DNA of 64,000 nucleotides, from assembly GCA_964504595.1 (NCBI GenBank), contig CAZDEE010000001.1:1200-65199 (forward strand). Reading direction: 5' to 3'. How positions within the stretch are numbered: position 1 is the first letter of the stretch; the number at the start of each line of letters is the position of its first letter. Shown here one piece after another: positions 37,410 to 47,913 of the stretch. A model generated the notes under the pieces. That model had not been told where the DNA came from and did no database searches. It saw nothing but the letters and a program-made list of their open reading frames with translations. Both the position numbers and the translations under genes were made by a program. The stretch comes from an uncultured Staphylococcaceae bacterium (GTDB lineage Bacteria > Bacillota_I > Bacilli_A > RFN20 > CAG-826).

Positions 37410-39317
37410 ATGCTCAACGCTCATGCAAGAAAAAGAATCAATATTGTAATTGTATTAAGTATAGTTGCTTTATCTGTAATTGGAGGTAAGTTAACTTATT
37501 TGACTCTAGGAAAATATAATTATTTAAAATCAAAAGCTACAGAATTGTGGGAAAGAAGCTTTCCTCTTGTTGCAGAAAGAGGACTTATTTTAGATTCTAA
37601 TGGTAATAATTTAGCTATTAATCAACCGGTTGTTAGTGTCGCCGCAATACCATATCAAATAAAAGATAAAAGACTTGCTTCATCCTTAATTGCGCCTCTT
37701 TTAGAAATGAATGAAGAAAAATTATACAATACTTTTTCTAAAAGAACTTCAATTGTTCGTCTTCATCCAGAAGGAAAAAGAATAAGTGAAGATGTAGCTC
37801 TACAAATAGATAATTTAGGATTAGAAGGTATTTATTTAATCCAAGATAATAAGCGTTATTATCCATATGAGGAAAATATGGCTTCGATTTTAGGATTTGT
37901 CGGTATAGATAATCAAGGACTTGCTGGGGTCGAAAGTTATTACGATAGTTATTTAAAAGGACAAGATGGTAGCTTGAATTATATGTTAGATGCGAAAGGT
38001 GGATTATTTCCTTCAACATCTTCGCGGGTTTCAGCGCCAAAACAAGGACTTAATTTAAAACTAACTATTTTAATTGAATTGCAGAATTTATTAGAAAGAG
38101 AAATGGAAAATGCTTATTTAAAATATAATCCAAAGGAAATAATTGCATTAATAATGAATCCAAATAATGGTGAAATTTTAGCTTTAGGTAATAGACCAAC
38201 CTATAATAACAATCATTATCAAGACTATGATAATGAAATATATAATCGTAGCTTACCAGTATTTTCAAGCTTTGAGCCAGGATCAACTTTTAAAGCTTTA
38301 ACTTTTGCCGCAGCGGTAAATGAAGGTGTTATTGATATTGATAATGACTATTATTATGATAAAGGATATGAAAATATCGGCGGGGCTACAATTAAATCAT
38401 GGAAGAAAGGTGGGCATGGACTTCAAACATTCTTAGAAGTTTTACAAAACTCTTCAAATCCTGGATTTGTAGAAATCGCTCGAAGATTAGGAAAAGATAA
38501 ACTTTATAAATATATAAAAGATTTTGGAATGGGTGAAAAAACTGGTGTGGATATTGTAGGTGAATCTAAAGGAATTGTTTTCTCGTATGATAATTTTGGA
38601 ATTCTAGAACAGGCAACAAGTGCATTTGGACAAGGAATTTCTACGACTGCAATACAATTATGTACGGCTTTTTCAGCAGTAATTAATGGAGGATATTTAT
38701 ATACACCTCATATTGCAAAATCGCTGATCTATGGTCCTACAAATGAGACAATTTATGAATATCCAATTGCAATAAAAAGGCAAGTTATAAGTTCATCAAC
38801 ATCTTCAATTATGAGAAGGGCATTAGAGTGTGTTGTATCAAAAGGTTCTGGAAGGAAGGCGTATTTAGAAGGATATCGGGTTGGAGGTAAAACTGGAACT
38901 GCTCAAATTGCCGAGAATGGCATTTATCAAGATGGACGTTATGTACTATCTTTTATTGCTGGAGCTCCAATGGATGACCCTCAAGTAGTTGTTTATTTTG
39001 CAATGAGGGAACCAAAAAGTACTATACAATATGGAGGAACAACCATTGGACCAATTATCCGGCGTTTGCTTTCCGAAGCTCTACCGATTTTAAATGTTAA
39101 AAAACGTGATGGTGGAGAAGAAAGAATTTACACATGGATGGATACGAAAACATATGGTGTTGAAAATTATATAGGTCTTCACAAATCAAAGGTGAAATCA
39201 AAATATTTTAAATTTAATTTTATGGGAGAAGGGGAATATGTTATCGATCAGCTTCCAAAAGTGGGTGAAAAAATTGATGAAGGTAGTCGAATAATGATTA
39301 TGCTAGGAGATAAATAA
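37410..39317 (+). CDS. class B penicillin-binding protein with a C-terminal PASTA domain (PBP2B/SpoVD type)
   Basis: It has an N-terminal transmembrane segment and a dimerisation domain. The transpeptidase motifs are STFK, SSN and KTGT. The PASTA-like tail reads VENYIGL...DQLPKVGEKI. Confidence 0.9.
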   Translation: MLNAHARKRINIVIVLSIVALSVIGGKLTYLTLGKYNYLKSKATELWERSFPLVAERGLILDSNGNNLAINQPVVSVAAIPYQIKDKRLASSLIAPLLEMNEEKLYNTFSKRTSIVRLHPEGKRISEDVALQIDNLGLEGIYLIQDNKRYYPYEENMASILGFVGIDNQGLAGVESYYDSYLKGQDGSLNYMLDAKGGLFPSTSSRVSAPKQGLNLKLTILIELQNLLEREMENAYLKYNPKEIIALIMNPNNGEILALGNRPTYNNNHYQDYDNEIYNRSLPVFSSFEPGSTFKALTFAAAVNEGVIDIDNDYYYDKGYENIGGATIKSWKKGGHGLQTFLEVLQNSSNPGFVEIARRLGKDKLYKYIKDFGMGEKTGVDIVGESKGIVFSYDNFGILEQATSAFGQGISTTAIQLCTAFSAVINGGYLYTPHIAKSLIYGPTNETIYEYPIAIKRQVISSSTSSIMRRALECVVSKGSGRKAYLEGYRVGGKTGTAQIAENGIYQDGRYVLSFIAGAPMDDPQVVVYFAMREPKSTIQYGGTTIGPIIRRLLSEALPILNVKKRDGGEERIYTWMDTKTYGVENYIGLHKSKVKSKYFKFNFMGEGEYVIDQLPKVGEKIDEGSRIMIMLGDK

Positions 39318-40585
39318 TGAAAACATATCGCGAGGTTATGAAGTACTTTGGAATGAAAAGCTGTAGTGAAATATTGCTCACAAATATTCAAGATAATTCA
39401 AAGAAAGTAAATAGTAACTCGGTTTTTGTAGCAATCGGGAATGGTAATAATTATATTAATGAGGCCAAAAGTAATGGAGCAAAATTAATATTAAGCGATA
39501 AAGATTACGAATTTCTAAAAGAAAAATTAATGAATTTTTGCTTATGGTTTTATGATGACCCAAGCTTTGATCTCGTTTTAATAGGAATTACTGGCACAAA
39601 TGGAAAGAGTACTACGGCAAATTTTATTGCGCAATTACTGCCAAATTCCTTATTAATTAGCAATATTGAAAAAAGAAAAAATGCTTATTTTGTAACCAAT
39701 ACCACGCCATCATCAATTGAAATTGTACATGCTTTATTAAAGGCAAAAGAAAGAAATTATAAATATGTGATTATGGAAGTATCTAGTATTGGTATTAAAG
39801 AAAAACGTGTAAAAGGACTTCTTTTTGATGTTGTAGGACTAACCAATTTAACATCAGATCATTTAGATTATCATCATAGCGTTGAAGAATATCAAAAAGT
39901 GAAAATTGATTTTATAAATGAACAGTTTTCAAAAATATACATTGGTAATGTTTTAACAGATGTAATAGATAGGATTGAAAGGCCATATATACAAGTTGAT
40001 GAAAAAATCATACAGAAAAAGCTTAATTTATCAAAATTCAACATTGAAAATCTTGCTCTTGCCTATCAAATTGCATTGAATTATGTTAAAAAATCAATTC
40101 TTGATAGAAAAGTAAGAAAAGTAAAACTGCCAAAAGGACGAAGTCAAATTATATCTAAAAAGCCATTGGTAATAGTGGATTATGCACATACAGAAGTTGC
40201 TTTTTTAACAATTTTATTGGAATATAAGAAAAAGACAAAAGGGCGTTTATTAGTGCTTTTTGGCGCTGGAGGAAATCGTGATAAAATTAAAAGAGCTAAA
40301 TATGGTGAATATGTCTATCAATATGCTGATATAGCGATAGTTACAAATGATAATCCTCGTAATGAAAAGCAAGAATATATAGTGGAAGATATTATTAAAA
40401 TTAATCCTTCTTTTTTTCTTGTAGAATATGATCGAAAGCAAGCAATCCATCGAATTTTAAAAATTGCCAAAAAAGATGACACAGTATTGATTTTAGGACG
40501 GGGTCATGAGCAAATTCAACTAATTAAAAATTTAAAAATATATTTAAGTGATGTAGAAGAGGTACGAAAATGGATCAAGAAATAA
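39317..40585 (+). CDS. murE: UDP-MurNAc-L-Ala-D-Glu:meso-DAP ligase
   Basis: GITGTNGKSTT, DHLDYH and a DNPR motif (TNDNPRNE) are present. At 422 aa it is short for MurE. Confidence 0.88.
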   Translation: MKTYREVMKYFGMKSCSEILLTNIQDNSKKVNSNSVFVAIGNGNNYINEAKSNGAKLILSDKDYEFLKEKLMNFCLWFYDDPSFDLVLIGITGTNGKSTTANFIAQLLPNSLLISNIEKRKNAYFVTNTTPSSIEIVHALLKAKERNYKYVIMEVSSIGIKEKRVKGLLFDVVGLTNLTSDHLDYHHSVEEYQKVKIDFINEQFSKIYIGNVLTDVIDRIERPYIQVDEKIIQKKLNLSKFNIENLALAYQIALNYVKKSILDRKVRKVKLPKGRSQIISKKPLVIVDYAHTEVAFLTILLEYKKKTKGRLLVLFGAGGNRDKIKRAKYGEYVYQYADIAIVTNDNPRNEKQEYIVEDIIKINPSFFLVEYDRKQAIHRILKIAKKDDTVLILGRGHEQIQLIKNLKIYLSDVEEVRKWIKK

Positions 40586-41556
40586 TGCGATTAGTTGAGT
40601 TATTATTATCTTTTTTATTATCATTTATTATTTGTTTTTCTATAACCAAGTATCTAATAAATAAAGAAGTTTCTCATAAGATTGGACAAGTTATTAAAGA
40701 TGACATCGTTTCAACTCATCAAAAAAAAGCAAAAACACCAACATTAGGTGGAATTGGAATTTTTATTTCTACTTGGATAAGCGCGTTTATATTTGGTTTT
40801 GAAATGATAAAACATCGCTCTTTTATATCGTTATTTATTGTCTCATCTTCTTTTTTTATAATAGGTCTAATTGATGATTTGTTAAAAATAAAAAGAAATA
40901 ATGGAAAAGGTTTAAATGGTTATATAAGATTATTACTTGAAACTATAACTGTTTTATTAATATTAAGCTATTTAGGTTATGAACAGCACTCATTATGGAA
41001 ATTATCACTATTAAATATTAAGATGCTTCCTTTAGGTTTTTTATTCATTCCTTTTGTTATTTTTGTTATTGTTGGTGGCGCAAATTCGGTTAATATGACC
41101 GATGGTCTAGATGGTTTAGCAAGCGGATTAATGATGATTGGGTTAGCGCCATTTTTAATATTATCTTTAATTGAAAAAGAGTATGAAATTGCATTATTTA
41201 TCATGCCTCTTATTGGTTCATTGTTCGCGTTTCTTTTATTTAATTTTCATCCTGCAAAAATATTTATGGGCGATGTTGGTTCTTTACCATTAGGAGGATG
41301 TATATCTATAGTGAGTTTTTTATTAAATAAAGAAATATTGCTCTTAATAAGTGGTGGTATTTTTGTTTTTGAATCATTATCGGTTATTTTTCAAGTTTTA
41401 TCTTACAAAACTAGAAAGAAGCGTATTTTCCTTATGGCGCCTTTTCACCATCATTTAGAACTTAAAGGTTTGCCAGAGTGGAAAATTGTGATGATACTAT
41501 ATATTTTTGGCTTTATATTATCAATAATTTCAATTGTTATAGGAGTTAATATATGA
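40570..41556 (+). CDS. mraY: phospho-N-acetylmuramoyl-pentapeptide transferase
   Basis: TPTLGGI, NSVNMTDGLDGLA and PFHHHLE motifs are present, with 10 hydrophobic segments. Confidence 0.95.
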   Translation: MDQEIMRLVELLLSFLLSFIICFSITKYLINKEVSHKIGQVIKDDIVSTHQKKAKTPTLGGIGIFISTWISAFIFGFEMIKHRSFISLFIVSSSFFIIGLIDDLLKIKRNNGKGLNGYIRLLLETITVLLILSYLGYEQHSLWKLSLLNIKMLPLGFLFIPFVIFVIVGGANSVNMTDGLDGLASGLMMIGLAPFLILSLIEKEYEIALFIMPLIGSLFAFLLFNFHPAKIFMGDVGSLPLGGCISIVSFLLNKEILLLISGGIFVFESLSVIFQVLSYKTRKKRIFLMAPFHHHLELKGLPEWKIVMILYIFGFILSIISIVIGVNI

Positions 41557-42740
41557 AAAAAGTTCTTTTATTAGGCTATGGAAGTTCCTTAAAAGCGTTA
41601 CATGAATTAATTAAAGATGAGTATGAAGTTTATATTTATGATGATTATATTAAAGATGAAAAGTATTACAACTTAGAAAAAATAAAAAAAACATTACCTT
41701 TATTTGATATTGTCGTTCGTAGTCCAGGAATAAAAAGTATAAATGAAATTTATTCATTAATTCGTCTGTTAACTAAAGAATTGATTAGTGAAATTGAATT
41801 TTGCGTACGCTTGTTAAAAAATAAAAGAATAAAGTATATTTTAGTAACTGGTTCTAATGGCAAAACAACGACTTGTTCAATGATATATGAAATATTATCA
41901 ACCTATTATGATAATGTTTTTCTTGCAGGAAATATTGGAATCCCATTTTCTAGTATTGTTCCTTCTTTAAAGGATGATTCGCTTGTTATTTTGGAGTTGT
42001 CGTCATATCAAATTGAGGATACATATTCTAGTTTTGGAGATTATTTAATAGTTAATAATATCGTACCTAACCATTTAGATGGTGTTAATAATTATAGCTA
42101 TTATGTAGCATCAAAAAAACGTATAAGTTTATTAAAAAAGAGTGATGGGATACTAATTGTTGATAAATCTTTACATGAAGAATTTAAAGATCTTAATCCT
42201 TTAGTGGCCACAAAAATAGAGAAGATTAATTATTATTATCAATTAAATATTCATTTTATTTATTTGATTTCCTATTTATTTAATATTTCTAAAAGCAAAG
42301 TTAACAATGTTATAAAATCAATGAAATTTCCTTCATATCGGAATGAATTAGTTAAAAGTAATTTTCTTGCTACGATAATAAATGATTCTAAATCAACAAG
42401 CGTTAGTGCTTCTAATACATGTCTAATGCTTCATAATGATAAAAAAAGAATAATAATATTAGGTGGAATAGCAAAAAGCGATAGCTTTGCATCTTTAAAT
42501 GTTAATAAGGATGATTTAATTTATATTTATGGAAAAGATCGATTTATAATAAAAAAGCAATTAAATAAAGGAAATTGCTTTTTAACATTAGATGAAATAA
42601 TTGAACAAATATCAGTATATTTAAATGATGATATTTATATTTTATTTACTCCAGGATGTTCATCCCAAGATCAATTTAAAAATTATCTAGCGCGTGGGGA
42701 ATATTTTATAAATCTAATAAGGAGCAAAGAAAATGCGTAA
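41553..42740 (+). CDS. murD: UDP-MurNAc-L-alanine:D-glutamate ligase
   Basis: VTGSNGKTTT and a Mur ligase fold are present. The position after mraY fits. An ATGA overlap links the two genes. Confidence 0.88.
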   Translation: MKKVLLLGYGSSLKALHELIKDEYEVYIYDDYIKDEKYYNLEKIKKTLPLFDIVVRSPGIKSINEIYSLIRLLTKELISEIEFCVRLLKNKRIKYILVTGSNGKTTTCSMIYEILSTYYDNVFLAGNIGIPFSSIVPSLKDDSLVILELSSYQIEDTYSSFGDYLIVNNIVPNHLDGVNNYSYYVASKKRISLLKKSDGILIVDKSLHEEFKDLNPLVATKIEKINYYYQLNIHFIYLISYLFNISKSKVNNVIKSMKFPSYRNELVKSNFLATIINDSKSTSVSASNTCLMLHNDKKRIIILGGIAKSDSFASLNVNKDDLIYIYGKDRFIIKKQLNKGNCFLTLDEIIEQISVYLNDDIYILFTPGCSSQDQFKNYLARGEYFINLIRSKENA

Positions 42741-43827
42741 TGAAAATAAAGAACGTTTATCAATAATAACAACAACAGTAATATTAGTTTTGTTTGGAAT
42801 TTATATGGTTTACAGCGCATCAAATGTTTGGGCTAAAGCGAAGTTTAATGATCGGTTTTATTATTTAAAACGTCAAGTTCTTTTCGCAGGAATTGGGATG
42901 TTGGGCTTTATAATTTCTAGCCAAATAAAAACGGAAATATTAAAAAAATATGCAACACATATTATGCTAATGACATTAATATTGCTCGGATTAGTATTAA
43001 TTCCAGGACTAGGAATAGTGCGCAATGGCTCGAGGTCTTGGTTTGGAATTGGATCATTTGCATTTCAGCCATCCGAGCTTTTTAAAATTTCCTTAGTAAT
43101 ATATGCAAGTAAAATGTTAAGTGAAAAGTATGATCAAACCAAGAAGATAAAAGGTTTTGTTTCAATAATAATTTTTACACTTTTAGGATTTTTATTAATT
43201 ATGTTACAGCCGGATTTTGGGACCGCGATGGTTATGTTAGCGAGCATTGTTTTATTAATGTTCACCTCAAGACTTCCAATTAAATATTATGTACTATTTG
43301 GATGCTTAGGTGTCTCGATGATGGTGGTATTAATTGTAATTGCTCCATATAGATTTGATCGAATTACCTCATTTATCGATCCATGGCACGATCCGTTAGG
43401 AACTGGGTTTCAAATAATTCAAAGCTTGTATGCAATTGGACCAGGGGCATTACTTGGTAATGGATTACTAAATAGCTATCAAAAGCGATTTTATCTTCCT
43501 GAACCACAGACCGATTTCATTTTTGCTATTGTTGTTGAAGAACTTGGCTTGATAGGTGGAATAATTTTGTTGTTTGCATTTGGTTATTTATTTTATAGAG
43601 GTTTTACCTTTGCTAAAACAAGAGAAGACCAATTTTCTTCTTTTTTAATTACAGGGTTATTGGGCCTTATTTTTATTCAAGTAATTATAAATTTAGGTGT
43701 AGTTGTTTCATTACTGCCAGTAACAGGAATCACGCTTCCTTTAATAAGCTATGGCGGTTCATCATTATCTGTGACTTTAATCTCATTAGGATTAATTGTT
43801 GGAAGGACTAATAAGGAGAATATTTGA
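42733..43827 (+). CDS. ftsW: SEDS protein FtsW/SpoVE (peptidoglycan glycosyltransferase)
   Basis: SWFGIGSFAFQPSE, PDFGT and PEPQTDFIFA motifs are present. Confidence 0.9.
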   Translation: MRNENKERLSIITTTVILVLFGIYMVYSASNVWAKAKFNDRFYYLKRQVLFAGIGMLGFIISSQIKTEILKKYATHIMLMTLILLGLVLIPGLGIVRNGSRSWFGIGSFAFQPSELFKISLVIYASKMLSEKYDQTKKIKGFVSIIIFTLLGFLLIMLQPDFGTAMVMLASIVLLMFTSRLPIKYYVLFGCLGVSMMVVLIVIAPYRFDRITSFIDPWHDPLGTGFQIIQSLYAIGPGALLGNGLLNSYQKRFYLPEPQTDFIFAIVVEELGLIGGIILLFAFGYLFYRGFTFAKTREDQFSSFLITGLLGLIFIQVIINLGVVVSLLPVTGITLPLISYGGSSLSVTLISLGLIVGRTNKENI

Positions 43828-43828
43828 A

Positions 43829-44866
43829 ATGAAAATACTTTTTTTTGCTAGTGGTAGTGGAGGACATATTTATCCAGCACTTTCCCTAATTGAAAGATTG
43901 TTACCTAAACACGAAATAGGCTATGTAGTTATAAAAAATTCAATGGAAGAAAGGATGATTATCGATAAAAGAATTCAAAAAATATATTTAAATATTGATT
44001 CAAAGGCTAAATATTACAAACAGAAACCTTATAAGTTACTTAGTTTATTTAAGAATATACTTTATCTTTCAAAAATCATCAAAAAGTATGATTTAGTAAT
44101 ATCGTTTGGGGGTTTTGTCTCATTTGTGGCTTCGTTAGGATGTTTTTTTACTAAAAAGCCTTTATACATTCATGAACAAAACAGAGTTATAGGTGATTCA
44201 AATCGATTCGCACTCCGCTTTTCTAAAAAAGTATTTACTGTATATGAAGATTTAACAATTGATAAAAGATATCAACACCTTATAAAAATTGTCGGCAATC
44301 CACGAGGAGAAATTGCGTATCAATATAGAAAAAATAAAGTCGAAAAAACTCCATTTAAAGTGCTTTTTTTAGCAGGTAGTTTAGGTTCATCTTCTTTACT
44401 AAATAAAATGATAAATGTTATTAATACCTTAAAGAATGAAGATATAGAGTTTACGATTATTACCGGAAAAGAACTATATAGTAAATACAAAAGCGCTTTT
44501 GATTATCAAAATGTTAATGTAATCGATTATGAAGAAAATATTTTGAAATTAATGTCAAATTCCTCACTTGTTATTTTAAGAGGTGGTGCGACATCAATTG
44601 AAGAAGTTATATCGATAAGCGTTCCTTCAATTGTAATTCCTTCTCCTTACGTTAAGCACAATCACCAAGAAAATAATGCTAGTTACTATCATGATAGGAA
44701 TGCTTTGATAATGATTAAAGAAAATGAAATTGAAGATAAACTCGCTAAAAGTATATTAGAAATGAAAAATAACGTGTTTCTGTACTATAAATTAATAGAT
44801 AATATGATTAAATTACGAAAAGTTAATGCAATATCTTTAATGGTGAATGAAATTGAAAACGGATAA
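43829..44866 (+). CDS. murG: UDP-GlcNAc:lipid I GlcNAc transferase
   Basis: MKILFFASGSGGHIYPAL is a G-loop. The C-terminal half has RGGATSIEE. I chose the ATG at 43829, after AAGGAG. Confidence 0.9.
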   Translation: MKILFFASGSGGHIYPALSLIERLLPKHEIGYVVIKNSMEERMIIDKRIQKIYLNIDSKAKYYKQKPYKLLSLFKNILYLSKIIKKYDLVISFGGFVSFVASLGCFFTKKPLYIHEQNRVIGDSNRFALRFSKKVFTVYEDLTIDKRYQHLIKIVGNPRGEIAYQYRKNKVEKTPFKVLFLAGSLGSSSLLNKMINVINTLKNEDIEFTIITGKELYSKYKSAFDYQNVNVIDYEENILKLMSNSSLVILRGGATSIEEVISISVPSIVIPSPYVKHNHQENNASYYHDRNALIMIKENEIEDKLAKSILEMKNNVFLYYKLIDNMIKLRKVNAISLMVNEIENG

Positions 44867-45722
44867 TAGAATTAGAGTGTATAATAATTTTCTTTTAGCG
44901 GATAAATCCCTTATTAAAGTTGGAGGAATAATATCAAAATATTATGAAGTTAAAGATTTAGTATCTTTATCGTATTTATTAAAAAATATTAAAATAGAAT
45001 CTGATAGATTAGTAATTTTTTCTGGGGCTACAAATAAGGTATTTTGTGATTTTTATGATAAAGAAGTGGCGATTAAAGTTACTGGTAATAGAATTGAAAT
45101 AAAAGAAGGTATTTTAACTGTTGAAAGTGGCGTTAAGCTTGCTTATTTAGCTAGATATCTAACAAAAAATGGTTATTGTAATTGGAATAAACTCGCGGAT
45201 ATTCCTGGAGAAATTGGTGGTTCAATTGCTTCAAATGCTGGAGCGAATGGATATACAATAAGCGATGATTTATTAGAAATAACCGGAGTCTCTATTAAAG
45301 GGGAAATTATTAGTTATAAAAGAGAAAATTTAGATTTTACTTATCGTGAATCACCTTTTAAAAAAAACAATGATTTTATCATATTTTCCGCTAAATTTCG
45401 ATTAAAAAAATGTAATAGAGAAGCTTTAGAAAAAGAATTAGATTTTTATCATCATAAGAGAGTTCAAAATCAACCATTAGGCATCATTACTTTGGGTTCT
45501 ACTTTTAAAAATCCACAATTTTTTAATGCCTATGAACTTATAGACGGGTGTGGATTAAGAGGATTTCAATATAACAATATCATAATCAATGAAAAACATT
45601 GTAATTTCCTTGAAATAAGAGGAAAAACAACTCGAAAAGATATTCTATATGTAATTGCCTTTATCAAAGATAAAGTTTATAATAAATACGATATAAAACT
45701 TGAGGAAGAAATTGATATATAA
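44847..45722 (+). CDS. murB: UDP-N-acetylenolpyruvoylglucosamine reductase
   Basis: IKVGGI, GIPGEIGGSIASNAGA and GSTFKNP motifs are present. Confidence 0.85.
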   Translation: MKLKTDNRIRVYNNFLLADKSLIKVGGIISKYYEVKDLVSLSYLLKNIKIESDRLVIFSGATNKVFCDFYDKEVAIKVTGNRIEIKEGILTVESGVKLAYLARYLTKNGYCNWNKLADIPGEIGGSIASNAGANGYTISDDLLEITGVSIKGEIISYKRENLDFTYRESPFKKNNDFIIFSAKFRLKKCNREALEKELDFYHHKRVQNQPLGIITLGSTFKNPQFFNAYELIDGCGLRGFQYNNIIINEKHCNFLEIRGKTTRKDILYVIAFIKDKVYNKYDIKLEEEIDI

Positions 45723-45738
45723 AAAAGGAGGTATGGGC

Positions 45739-46641
45739 ATGGAAAATGATAATAAAACAAGTCTAAGTCCTGAACGTATCTCTTTATTTGAGCAAGAAAT
45801 TACTAAAAAAAAGAAAAATAAAAAATCAAATTTTATTTTTAGAACAGTCTTTTTTTTAGTTGTCTTAATTGCTATTTGTCTTATTCCTTTTTTACCAACT
45901 TTTTCCTGTCGCAATTTATATATCAATGGAAATTTTTTGCTTACTAATAGTGAGATTTTGTCTTTTGCCGGATATAGAGTTGATACCCCATTAATTTTTG
46001 TTGATGAGAAGAAAATTGAAAATTCGTTATCAAGCAAGGAGTATATATTAAAAGCGGAAGTAAACTGGAGCATTATAGGCTTAGAAATTAATATCGATGA
46101 ATTAGCGGTTCTTTTATTAGACTCCAATGAAGATTATATTCTTTCTGATGGTTCTTACTTGAGCGAATTTAAAGTTAAATATCCAGAATCAAAATATGAT
46201 TTTTTTAAAAATCCAAGCAACAAAGTTATAAAGCGGCATATTCCTAGATTACTAAGTGATTTTTCTTTTTCAAATAGCGAGGATAGTGAAGATATAGCAA
46301 AGTCTAAAAGATTAAGAGTTCTTGATAATTTAAAAAAAATAGCTCCTGAAGTTTTAAATGATGTTGACTACTTTGAAGGAGTATATAGTAGCGATAACGT
46401 ATTACTTTTTGCTTTTTATTTTAAGGCTAATCAGGGCGATAGTGTTTCTTATTATCGAATCTTAATGAAAGATGAAACATTTCAATTTTTTTTAGAGGAA
46501 ATAAGAATTCAACAAATTATTTCTCAGATTACAAATTTTAGTGACAAAAAAATATATGAACATGATACAATAAATGAGTTATCGTATTCTAATACGATAT
46601 GCGGATATAATGGTAAACAAAATGTTTGCCGTACTATGTAA
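45739..46641 (+). CDS. divIB: cell division protein DivIB/FtsQ
   Basis: It has a cytoplasmic Lys-rich N-terminus, one transmembrane segment (VFFLVVLIAICLIPFL) and a POTRA-like segment (LYINGNFLLTNSEIL). The position before ftsA fits. The start at 45739 follows AAGGAGG. Confidence 0.7.
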   Translation: MENDNKTSLSPERISLFEQEITKKKKNKKSNFIFRTVFFLVVLIAICLIPFLPTFSCRNLYINGNFLLTNSEILSFAGYRVDTPLIFVDEKKIENSLSSKEYILKAEVNWSIIGLEINIDELAVLLLDSNEDYILSDGSYLSEFKVKYPESKYDFFKNPSNKVIKRHIPRLLSDFSFSNSEDSEDIAKSKRLRVLDNLKKIAPEVLNDVDYFEGVYSSDNVLLFAFYFKANQGDSVSYYRILMKDETFQFFLEEIRIQQIISQITNFSDKKIYEHDTINELSYSNTICGYNGKQNVCRTM

Positions 46642-46657
46642 GTGAGGAGGTTGCCTT

Positions 46658-47902
46658 ATGAAAAGTAAAAATGTCGGAGTTTTTGAAATTACTTCAACTG
46701 CAGTAAAATTCGTTTCAGGATATCTTCTTGACAATGAAGTAATTATTTTAAGTACCGCAAAAGTGGGATTAGATAATGGGGCGATTGTTGATGGAGAAAT
46801 TAGTGACTATATAAGCGTTGGTAACGCAATCTCACAAGCTTTAAAAGAAGGAACTGCAAAGCTTTCGTCTCCAATTGCTGAATATGGTATGATTATTCCT
46901 CCAATCGGCTTTGAGGTTTATGATCATTCACAAGAGACATCAGTTGTTTCAAGCGAGGATACTATTGAAAAGATTGATGTTGATAATGTATTAAATCAAG
47001 TTTCTAAGGCTAAAACAACCGAAGGTTCTAAAATTATTGGCATACTTCCTGAGTTATATGTTCTTGATAAAGGTCAAAGTTTTCCTGAACCACCTTTAGG
47101 ACAACATTCTAATTCATTAATGGTAAGAGCTAAACTTCATGTTTGTCCAACTTATTATGTTTCGTCTTTTAAGAAAGTCTTTAAGAAAGCAAATATTAAT
47201 ATCTCTGATAAAAACATCTATGTGGCACCTCATGCCGCATTAGAAGTTGTTAAAGAGTATCAAAATATTCCTAGCGATTTCTTGTTAATTGATTTAGGTG
47301 CTCGACTTACAAGTGTTTCATTGGTTGGTCAACAAAAATTAATTGCCTCAACATTTGTTTATCATGGTGCCGATCATATTACTGATAAACTTGCATCATA
47401 TTTTGAAATTGATTTTGCTGTTGCACAGCAATTAAAAGAAATATTTGGATTTGATGAACATAATTTAAGCTTTAAAGCGCCGTTATTTTCAGTAACAAGC
47501 CAAGAGAAAAAGAAGCGTTATACCATTGAAGATTTTAAAGAAGCGATTGGTAATAATGTTAATGATTATGTTAAAGAAATTTCTAATACAATTAAGGAAA
47601 TTGCCACAATGTACAATCCAAATATCGTTAATTTACCTATTATTTTAGTAGGTGGAGGAACCAAGTTCTATGGTTTAGCAGAAACCATAAAAGGATATTT
47701 GAATTCAAATGATATTAGAATATACGCTCCTAGATCGATTGGAGCAAGAGATGCTCAATTCACAAATTGCGTTGGTGCTTTAAAATTACTTGGTAGTGCT
47801 TATCCTCTTGAAAATGAGGAGGTTAAAGTTTCACCTGAAGTTGAGCTTACTAAAACAAGAAAGATAAAAATGCGTAAAGACGCTTTTAACGATGAAATAT
47901 AG
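46658..47902 (+). CDS. ftsA: cell division protein FtsA
   Basis: It has an actin-like fold (FEITSTAVKFVSG, IDLGARLTSV, VGGGTKF) and a C-terminal amphipathic tail. Confidence 0.95.
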   Translation: MKSKNVGVFEITSTAVKFVSGYLLDNEVIILSTAKVGLDNGAIVDGEISDYISVGNAISQALKEGTAKLSSPIAEYGMIIPPIGFEVYDHSQETSVVSSEDTIEKIDVDNVLNQVSKAKTTEGSKIIGILPELYVLDKGQSFPEPPLGQHSNSLMVRAKLHVCPTYYVSSFKKVFKKANINISDKNIYVAPHAALEVVKEYQNIPSDFLLIDLGARLTSVSLVGQQKLIASTFVYHGADHITDKLASYFEIDFAVAQQLKEIFGFDEHNLSFKAPLFSVTSQEKKKRYTIEDFKEAIGNNVNDYVKEISNTIKEIATMYNPNIVNLPIILVGGGTKFYGLAETIKGYLNSNDIRIYAPRSIGARDAQFTNCVGALKLLGSAYPLENEEVKVSPEVELTKTRKIKMRKDAFNDEI

Positions 47903-47913
47903 GAGGAATTATT

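Noticed and set aside
41554-41556. Possible UGA-as-Trp recoding, because the AT-rich composition resembles that of Mollicutes.
   Set aside because: TGA terminates mraY exactly where family length and the ATGA-coupled murD start predict. Trp is encoded by TGG throughout, and no conserved protein is interrupted by an in-frame TGA.
45645-46127. A 160-aa minus-strand ORF spanning the murB/divIB junction.
   Set aside because: It is antisense to two well-supported genes. The reading is hydrophobic and low-complexity, as is typical of AT-rich antisense frames. There is no ribosome-binding site.
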